Below are positions 55,035-64,000 of a DNA stretch of 64,000 nt, one piece after another. Every line of letters starts with the position of its first letter. Position 1 is the first letter of the stretch. The stretch is taken from contig CM022673.1 of NCBI GenBank assembly GCA_012295275.1, positions 30,008,001 through 30,072,000 of the forward strand, read 5' to 3'. The notes beneath the pieces were generated by a model. The model was given only the letters and a program-made list of their open reading frames with translations. It ran no database searches and had not been told where the DNA came from. The position numbers and the translations under genes are program-made. The stretch is from Chrysomallon squamiferum (Eukaryota > Animalia > Mollusca).

Positions 55035-56892
55035 AAAATTTTGCTAGCGTTTTACTTTAAGCTAATGTAAGAACTAATCTGGGGAATGGCAACAACCTTG
55101 AGATTGTAAATATAAACCACAAAGGTAAACGCAATACCAGAAACAATAATCACAACATTACTAAATAACGTAGTCTCATACAAATTCTGACATGACACGT
55201 AACTGTGCATGTTGTTACTAACAATATTAGAAATATCTAATCCAACGTTGGCCACGTTTAGGGAATGTTTATCTATAAAAGTCTTTTCACCACCGATCAT
55301 AACATTAACTGGAGTGGATCTGATGGATGAAAATGTGGTTAGGAACCATGTAACGCAGTTTTCTCAGTGACATGATAAAAGCTGCACGTAAATTAACACC
55401 TGTACCAGGTGCTCAGTACAAACTCACAGATCGTCTAGAAATGAAAGAAGAAATATTTTATTAACCCAAAACATTTTTAGTCTACGATTTTGTTCAGCTA
55501 CTCGGACAATAACAGATAATTTTCTCTGTTGCTATGTAATGAGCTGCTATTTCATTGTCAGCGTGAAAAGTGTGGGATGAAGGTACACGTGAATCAGTCA
55601 CTCGGACCTGGAAATACCACAGACGTAGAACTGAGACATAACAACAGGAGTTCGGAGATCAGTAGCTAGGTTTCAGAGCTGATGATTTATTCTGCTTTTA
55701 AAAAAACAACAACAAACAAACAAAAAAAAAAAAAAACAATTATATATACATAATAATATTTTGAAACTGTTAATATTAAAATATGCTGAGTTTAGTCCAT
55801 TAATTTATTTATTTGATTATTTGATTGATTCATTCTTCCATGTATCAATTTTTACATGCATTAATTTGTTGTTCATCCATTCAATTATTCATTCATTCAT
55901 TTTTTCATTTTTTCATTCATTCATTTGTTTATTCATTCGTTTGTTCCTTCATGTATTCATTCGTTCGTTCATTCTTCCATTCATTCATTCCGGATAACAT
56001 CGTCCATTCTTGACCGACACCGGTGATACTTTGAACGAAAACAAACTCAGGTGTGTTAAATACCATAGACAGGTGTTTCGTAAAATTCCATACAACTCTC
56101 TCGCCAACAATCCCATATATTTTTCTTTTTTATGCTGATGTGTCGTTAAACATTCATTCATTATTTCACAAGTACCTCACAAGCAACCAACAATTGACAC
56201 AAATTTATGAAAGTATAAAATCTCTACTTTGTGCAGCTTATACGGTTTCTTCTTCGCAAAGTGGGAATAAATTTAAATCTTTTTTGTTCGGTCTCAGCTG
56301 GGCTGGGTTTTTATTTTTTCGTTCGTTTGTTTATTACAAAGATTAATTGTATCTAGCAGATGGATAAAAAGAACTGAAAAACATTTTTTTTTGTATACTT
56401 TATTGAGAAAGTGCTAATTTGTTGATATTACTGATATAAAATCACATCATGACCTCACTTACGTTTAAGAATATCGGAAATCTCCGCTAGTTTAGTGCCG
56501 TCCTAGCGTCCTGCACTTTAATCAGTTGATAATGGGACGCGCGTATTCGCCAAGTTAACATGATAACAATAATTAACAGGTTATGAACGGCTCGCACGTT
56601 TAAGCTCAGGTTAAAATAAAAGTAAACTAAATGTTTAATAACAAACATGAAATGAAATAAAGGAATATTAAAAAGACATAGATTAATATTTTCAGACTTA
56701 CTAAGCTATATATTATGACTATTATTACTGTTGTTGAAGTTTCTTCTGCTGTTTTTTAAATTTGTTGTTGTTATTGTTGTTATTATTATAATTCTTATAT
56801 TGCTACTGTGGTGAAGAGAAATTTTACAAGTAAAAGAAAATAGTAATAATTATAAGGCATTACTTTCATTCTATTTTTTTTTAAATGCAAAA

Positions 56893-56948
<56 letters not shown>

Positions 56949-57236
56949 AAAAATTAAAAGTTTTAAAACAATTGGACCACTGAACAATATGATTAGTGTT
57001 ATCAGTGAAAATTAGTATTAATGGCTATTAAATTTCAAACATTGGTGTTTTTTTTGTGGGTTTTTGATGAAATGAAACTTTTTAAAGAGGAAAATGGTCA
57101 ATGATGTCTGGAAACAAAGAATTTTTCACGTGCATGTTCATATAGCTTCTTCGATAAAAATGGAAATACCATTATGGTTAACAAAAACAAGAACAACAAG
57201 AACAACAACATTAACAACAACATTAACAACAACATT

Positions 57237-57267
<31 letters not shown>

Positions 57268-57971
57268 GCCGTAAGATAGTGGATGGAAGAATAACAGAGT
57301 CAGCAAAATTGAGAAAATCTCGGTCATAAAATTGTAAACATTAAATAAATGTTTTATTATAATTTTAAAATTCTTCTTCCGTTCAAAAGTACAGTGACAC
57401 ACACACACAAACACACACACAGCCACACACACACATTGATTGATTCACGTACTTACTCACTTTGTCGTGTCAGTTTTCACATTACTTTTATTATAATAAT
57501 AATGATTATAATTTGAACAAAAATGTAGCACCATACAAACTTAATTGTTCATATTTGTGAACAGCTCAAGTGTAACTGTATTATTCACATTACACTAGCT
57601 ATATTCTTTACACAGTGTTCAGTGAACCATAACACACAAATTGCAATTAACATATTAAAAAATAAAATAGCTGCTAATACAAAAATAAAACACTGAAAAT
57701 AGCTCGGGTTTCTTTGTACGGTTTGTTATAATTAACTGGATTGTGTAGACACTATACGCACAGACAACAAAAGAAAAGATATTGGTATTTTCTTGTTCTT
57801 TATATTTTTAGAATAAGAAACATTTTCACACCCTATTGTATTTTTTTAATTTCATTGTTCTGTTTTAGTGGATTTATTTTTCAACTGAAATTCTGGACCG
57901 AGACAAGTCTGAGTCGGTATCGCATATTAATGTCTGGAAAAAAAAAATCAAAATAAACAATGTTATATTAC

Positions 57972-58017
<46 letters not shown>

Positions 58018-58104
58018 TATATAAATATATAAAAAAAAATACAAATTTAAATAAATAAATAAATAAACAAACAAAGAATCAAATACATAAATAAAGCAAC
58101 AAGT

Positions 58105-58152
<48 letters not shown>

Positions 58153-58180
58153 CCAAAATAAAAATAAATATAAAATCGTA

Positions 58181-58223
<43 letters not shown>

Positions 58224-58270
58224 ACATATTTTAATTTAATAGACCTTTTAGTTTGCCTTTCTAAACACTG

Positions 58271-58303
<33 letters not shown>

Positions 58304-59021
58304 AAATGAAAAAATGAAAGAATAAAAATGGAAAAAAAGAAAAAAGAAAGAAAAGAAAGAAAAATTCATCTGACTTTCTTTCCTTCAAAACACGCAAGAC
58401 AAAAAATGCGCTTCTGTTCGTGTCGCTGATTCCTTGCGTTGTGAAATAAACACGTTTTGCTTGCGATTAGTTCACAACAAAGATAACGTGTTGGAGAATG
58501 AAGCTTAGCGATGTCGTGACTGTCAAGTTCAACGGGTGCAGGACGCTGTAAAATGCAGCGAGATTCATGGAAGTGAATGCAATGTGAAGATTATTTAGAG
58601 GTAAAAGTTTAACACAACGTCACGACGTCAACTACAGCAGCGGCACGGTGGCGCGAGGCGAACACGTGGAGTTTTCATTCACTTCTTTCTTTCTTTCTTT
58701 CTTTTTTCTTTGAACAAAGGCAGTGAAACGGGTGGCGACCCTCTTGAGAGTTAGGGTAGGGTAGTAGAGATTTTGTTCAAGAAGTTAGGTAAGTGTCCGT
58801 GAAACTGACAGCCTATGTCAGCAACAGTACACAGACAGAACAGAAAATAACAAAATACTGGAAGAATATTATTTAAAACATATCAGTTTTTAAATGGGGA
58901 AATAGAAAAAGAAATAAACAGGAAATAAAATTCTATTAACGAAGAACAAGAGATTAGATATTAAAATAAAATAAAGTGAATAATATATTATTTAAAAATG
59001 AAAATAAAAATTTCAGTTGTT

Positions 59022-59128
<107 letters not shown>

Positions 59129-59474
59129 AACACCCATAACTAGTTAGCTCTTCTTTTCGCTTATTATAGTTTTTTTCCCTTAATTGTGAATGCAAAGTCT
59201 GTATTCATTAAAGAAATATTATGCTTAATTTCTTTTTTATTAAAAATGGTAGTACATATTTTACACAATTTTATTAAAACATAGTATTTTTTTTTGTAAA
59301 CACACACCCAAACACACACACACACACACATTATTTTAGATTTTTCAAGGGGTTAGTTATCAGAGAACACAGGAAATAAATAAAATTAATATGTTTTTTT
59401 TTCTTCTAGTTAATGATATTAAAATGTTACGACAGTATTTACTATGTAAATCCTGTTCTGTTTGTTTATTAATT

Positions 59475-59544
<70 letters not shown>

Positions 59545-59681
59545 GTAATAATAATAATAATAATAATAATACAAAGTAAAAGAAGCAGAGACAAACCGCA
59601 CAGAATGACATAGTTGGTAATAAGTAAGAGTGATTGCTGCTGTTAAAACCGCTACAGCTACGGCAACCTAAGTGAGTAGTT

Positions 59682-60003
59682 CTACTACTGCTACCTGTTG
59701 CCTTACTGTTTCTATTGTAACCTTTATTAGTTCTAAAACATTTACTATTACTCTACTACTACTACTGCTACCTGTTGCCTTACTGTTTCTATTGTAACCT
59801 TTATTAGTTCTAAAACATTTACTATTACTCTACTACTACTACTGCTACCTGTTGCCTTACTGTTTCTATTGTAACCTTTATTAGTTCTAAAACATTTACT
59901 ATTACTCTACTACTACTACTGCCACCTGTTGCATTACTGTTTCTATTGTAACCTTTATTAGTTCTAAAACATTTACTATTACTCTACTACTACTACTGCT
60001 ACT
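59682..60003. repeat. 77-bp tandem repeat, 4 near-identical copies
   Basis: C(C/A)TTACTGTTTCTATTGTAACCTTTATTAGTTCTAAAACATTTACTATTACTC... starts at 59701, 59778, 59855 and 59932. Confidence 0.95.
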
Positions 60004-60198
60004 ATTAACATTACTAGTTTTCTGCTTCTGCTATCACTACTACTACTGCTACTCGGATCCTCAGTAAACAGTTAAATATTTTCTTGTAATTAAATTCTTG
60101 CTCAGAATTTCAAATGTGTTTCATTTCATTTCTATTTAATTAATTTGTTCATCATCATTATTTTTTTTTTAACCGAAATATAATTTTGTGTTAGTCCC

Positions 60199-60291
<93 letters not shown>

Positions 60292-62094
60292 TGAAAAATA
60301 ATAATTACAATACACAAAGGTTCATTATTCATTATTTCCATTACTTGTTTAAATTTATTTCTCTTTTTAATTTTCATTTTACATTTCACCCTAAACAGAA
60401 TAAAAAATATACACTGCACCATCTGTGTATTACATCAAAACAAAAACAAAAAAATAAAACATAAATTTCTCTTTGATAAAAATCGTCACATTTTCGAAAA
60501 CTGATTATCCAAATCATAAAGCGTGGCCAGTAGATATCAAAAATGGCGTCGAAAAGTGGTCACATCTGGCTTTTGTTTTATCGATCTCTCGAAGTGTGCG
60601 CGCGACATTTTGCGCAACGTAAACCACGATGAACGTTTGCAAAAGAATATTTACGGTTGATAGGGAATGCTATCACGCACACGTGTTGCAGTCAATGGTG
60701 TTGAAATCAATTTAATCCTCACTCGATTGTGGAAACGACATTACTACCCAAAGCGTTAATTTATGCTGCTTATATAGCTTGGACTTTTTTTTTTTAAAAA
60801 AAAAAAAAATCTGGTTTTTCTCCGTGATCAATATCTTGAAACAAAACAGAGCAACATTTGCCTCGCAGTAGCAACTAACGTTTATTTTTTACTCTAAACA
60901 TTTTAATAACGGTCAAATGTTTCTGGCGCAGTTATGATAATCACAAAAAAAAAACAACAACAAAAAAACAAAAAAAAAAAATAATAAATAAATAAATAAA
61001 TAAATAAATAAAAATAAATAAAGAAAGAAAACAAATCTTATAAACAAAAATTACCTGAATGGAAACTCTAATTCCATTTCAATAATGCCACGCCCAAATC
61101 TGTCATCCTCCACCATTTTCTATTCGGCACTATTTTTTATCTCTGTCCTGCATCTTCAAACATCCCATTAAATCCTACAGCTGTCCTCCTTCTCAGCCAA
61201 ACACTGAATCCTTCCGTGTCCCACACTGTGCATTCAGAACAGTGAACTGTCAGTCTTAACAGATTTTCTTTAATTACGTCTCAGTAATGCAGTATATAAA
61301 ACTGAATTTCAGAAAAACGAAAACAAGATCAAAATTTTATATCAGTTAACAGTAATAATACCAATTTTTGAATCTATAAATAGAAGAGTTTGTAAAAATT
61401 ATAACATAAAAAATACCAGAACAAATAAAAAAAATTACAAATTATATTAAAAAAAAAGTGCTACGTTAAATATTCAAAATTATGTATCACACAAATGAAA
61501 ATACTTATACATACATTAAAACACATACATATATAAATATTATACACAAACAAATGCAAATATAGACATATACATATACATTACCATACACATAAATACC
61601 GACAGACGTGCATATATATATATATATATATAGATACACATATAAAATACATGCATAAATACAAATAACAGATAGATAGAATAATAGATGTATATTCATA
61701 CACACATGTATACATTATACACACAAAAACACACACACACAAACATACTGTGTTTATCATATAAAATGAGATAAAAATATATTCTCTCTCTCTTTAATAT
61801 TCATTATAATTTTATAATAATGAGTTGTCAGTGTTATCGATTTTAACACAGGTTTTCATATCTGTGGAATTTTATTTATATTTGTAGGTTAATTATGCAT
61901 TCTTGTTTTGTGGTAAATATCTTGGATCGGTTATATTTATTTGGTATGTTTTTAAGTTAATTTTAAAATTACAATATTGTTTAGATTATATAAAACTACA
62001 ATATATATATATATATTGTAACCGATTTTTTTTTTTTTAAATTAAATATATTCCATCCCACTTTAGTATGCAAAACAAATACATTTATAATCAT

Positions 62095-62108
62095 GTTGCT
62101 ATGGTAAC
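62095..62108. promoter_or_regulatory. RFX X-box-like motif GTTGCTATGGTAAC
   Basis: Matches the X-box consensus GTHNYYATRRNAAC. A second match, GTCGTCATGGAAAC, lies at 26823-26836. Motif match only. Confidence 0.5.
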
Positions 62109-62418
62109 GCTTGTTGAATATTTTCGATATATCTTGATAGAACAACAGCTGGTAAGACCTTTGATACGGTTTTACAGCGGCGCTGTTCCGTTAAAGCCTA
62201 TCGCATTACTTTAGCATAAAATTGATTACAAGCATCACACATTGCGGCCGAACAGTACTGCCAACCGGGTAGGGTTGTTACAGTAATAAATCGCAATTGC
62301 ATAATAGTTGAGGGACCTTACTGGGAAATGTGTATGTCCAGCCATCCGTAAAACAATTGCTAGCGTAGGTGTCTTGTAAGCTTCGGGGACAAAACAGTTA
62401 GATTTGTGCATCCAAGCA

Positions 62419-62632
62419 TTCGGGATATCTCGGCCGAACACGTGTTTGTCATCTAAACTGTTCGGGACCTCTCGGCTATACACGTGCAGGTAATTTGAGG
62501 CAATCGGGAACTCTCGGTTGTACACGTGTTTACGACCACAGATATTCGGGAAGTTTCGGGTGCACACGTGTGTGTTACGAGAAGATTAAAATAACGCACT
62601 CATGCATTCAGGAACTCTGAAATATACACATG
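62419..62632. repeat. Array of a 26-bp core (TTCGGGAnntCTCGGnnntACACGTG) with 16-bp variable spacers, period 42 bp
   Basis: Cores at 62419, 62461, 62503 and 62545; decayed copy at 62607 and a trace at ~62672. Spacers: TTTGTCATCTAAACTG, CAGGTAATTTGAGGCA, TTTACGACCACAGATA. Confidence 0.85.
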
Positions 62633-62918
62633 TTTTGAACTGAGATAAACAGAACGAAGCTGCGTTGGAACATTTGGAAGTTCTGGACGAGCACACTTTA
62701 GCGATCTTGGAGATTAGAATAGAACAACGTGTGCGTGTTTATTACTAGAGGTGACAGAGAAATGCAAATTAAAACCATTCACCAACGTTCACGTTCTTTT
62801 TCAAGTCTACTTATTTCAACATAGGAATATTACAATTTGCATGTGGATTTTTATTTCTATTTTTGTTAACTTTTTGTTGTTTTGGTGGTTGTTGGAAAAT
62901 ATAACGTTTTCTTTGTCA

Positions 62919-62975
<57 letters not shown>

Positions 62976-64000
62976 CTTCCAAGTAGATATTTGTTTTTCT
63001 GTTTATCTGTCTTTCAATGTCTGTTTATTTAGTTATTAATTATTTTTATTGATCATATGAACTGTACGTTGCTAAGGCAATATCTGTATACATACATACA
63101 TACATATATCTTTATATATCACACCCCTGACTCACCCACCTGTATCTGCCCCTGAGGATAAGATGAACGATTATTTGGAAACTGAACTTCAGCAGGCACG
63201 AACTGCGTATCAGCTGTCATGGGACGAATCAAACGCTATTTTATGCCTACCTTTGTGCAACAGCTTGTCTGATGAAATTTGTGTGCAACGTTTAAAATAA
63301 TTCTATTCATAACAAACACCATTGTTCAAGTACTGATACGTTTACATTTTACATTGTTTTTATTAAAACTGCAAAATAATAAACAAAAAATTGAAGGACT
63401 TCAGCTACCTGAGGAGGTAAAAACATAAATGTTTATTGTTTTCAAAACAATGTTCAAACCGAATATGATTTAACAAATAAATAAGTAAATAAGTAAATAA
63501 GTAAATAAGTAAATAAATAAGTAAATAAATAAATAAATAAATAAAAATCAAGGACAAAAGAGTAATAATAAGATCAGTATATTTAACACTGAAAATACTA
63601 TCGAATTACAAATAAAGAATATATCCTTTATCAGCGACAAAACAAAAACATCAGTATAACAAATACGGACAATTCGGCTGTTACTTCCCTGTTGTTGCTG
63701 CTACTACTACTACAACAACTACTACTACTTCTGGTAAAAGTATTAAAGTTGCAATATTATCATAAATAACTAAATGACAATAAGAAGCTTGATCACTTAT
63801 TATTTATAATATCACCGTAGGACGAAGACTGAACAATAATTTCAACAACAGCATCTACGTGAAGACAGTTATCTTTTCATCCTTTAATGTTAATACTATC
63901 ATTAGAATCACAATAACACAAACACAAAACTACTAATGTAACAACAAATTTAAAAATAAAATAACAACCACATTATCCGTTACCATCACCGCTATAATGT

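Noticed and set aside
56505-58547. Inverted 12-bp match AGCGTCCTGCAC / GTGCAGGACGCT with weak flanking similarity
   Set aside because: A 12-mer match is expected by chance in 64 kb, and the flanks do not align convincingly.
62419-62632. CRISPR array interpretation of the repeat-spacer structure
   Set aside because: Eukaryotic context, no cas genes, repeats only ~70% identical, and 16-bp spacers are too short.

Overview
AT-rich, microsatellite-laden eukaryotic DNA from an invertebrate animal (lophotrochozoan/mollusc-like is my inference); it is not prokaryotic. Only two intact protein-coding genes can be supported. Both are single-exon-CDS, minus-strand Fer3/Nato3 (FERD3L, PTFb)-type bHLH transcription factors (37820-38491 and 53047-53841), forming a diverged tandem pair in a gene-poor landscape dotted with short CpG-rich non-coding islands. 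The left end holds an intron-containing, disabled SENP1/Ulp1-type SUMO-protease gene in a strongly CpG-depleted block. Also present are a 3.2-kb 24/23-bp minisatellite with internal block duplications, an internally deleted Tc1/mariner element (69-bp TIRs, TA target duplication), an inverted pair of a ~300-bp dispersed repeat, and several small tandem repeats. The most notable signals are: (1) the predicted ~680-nt 3' UTR of the first bHLH gene is densely packed with seed matches to ancient miRNAs (miR-124 x4, miR-7 x2, miR-317 x2, miR-9, miR-92, miR-375, miR-34), including a miR-92 site with seed plus 3'-end pairing like a target-directed miRNA degradation trigger; (2) its promoter carries a GGCACGCGCC Hairy/E(spl) site beside the TATA box; (3) a 42-bp-period array of a 26-bp kappaB-like + E-box core with variable 16-bp spacers lies at 62.4-62.6 kb. 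Nearly all other ORFs in the track are simple-repeat artefacts. All motif and family assignments were made by eye or from memory; no searches were run.
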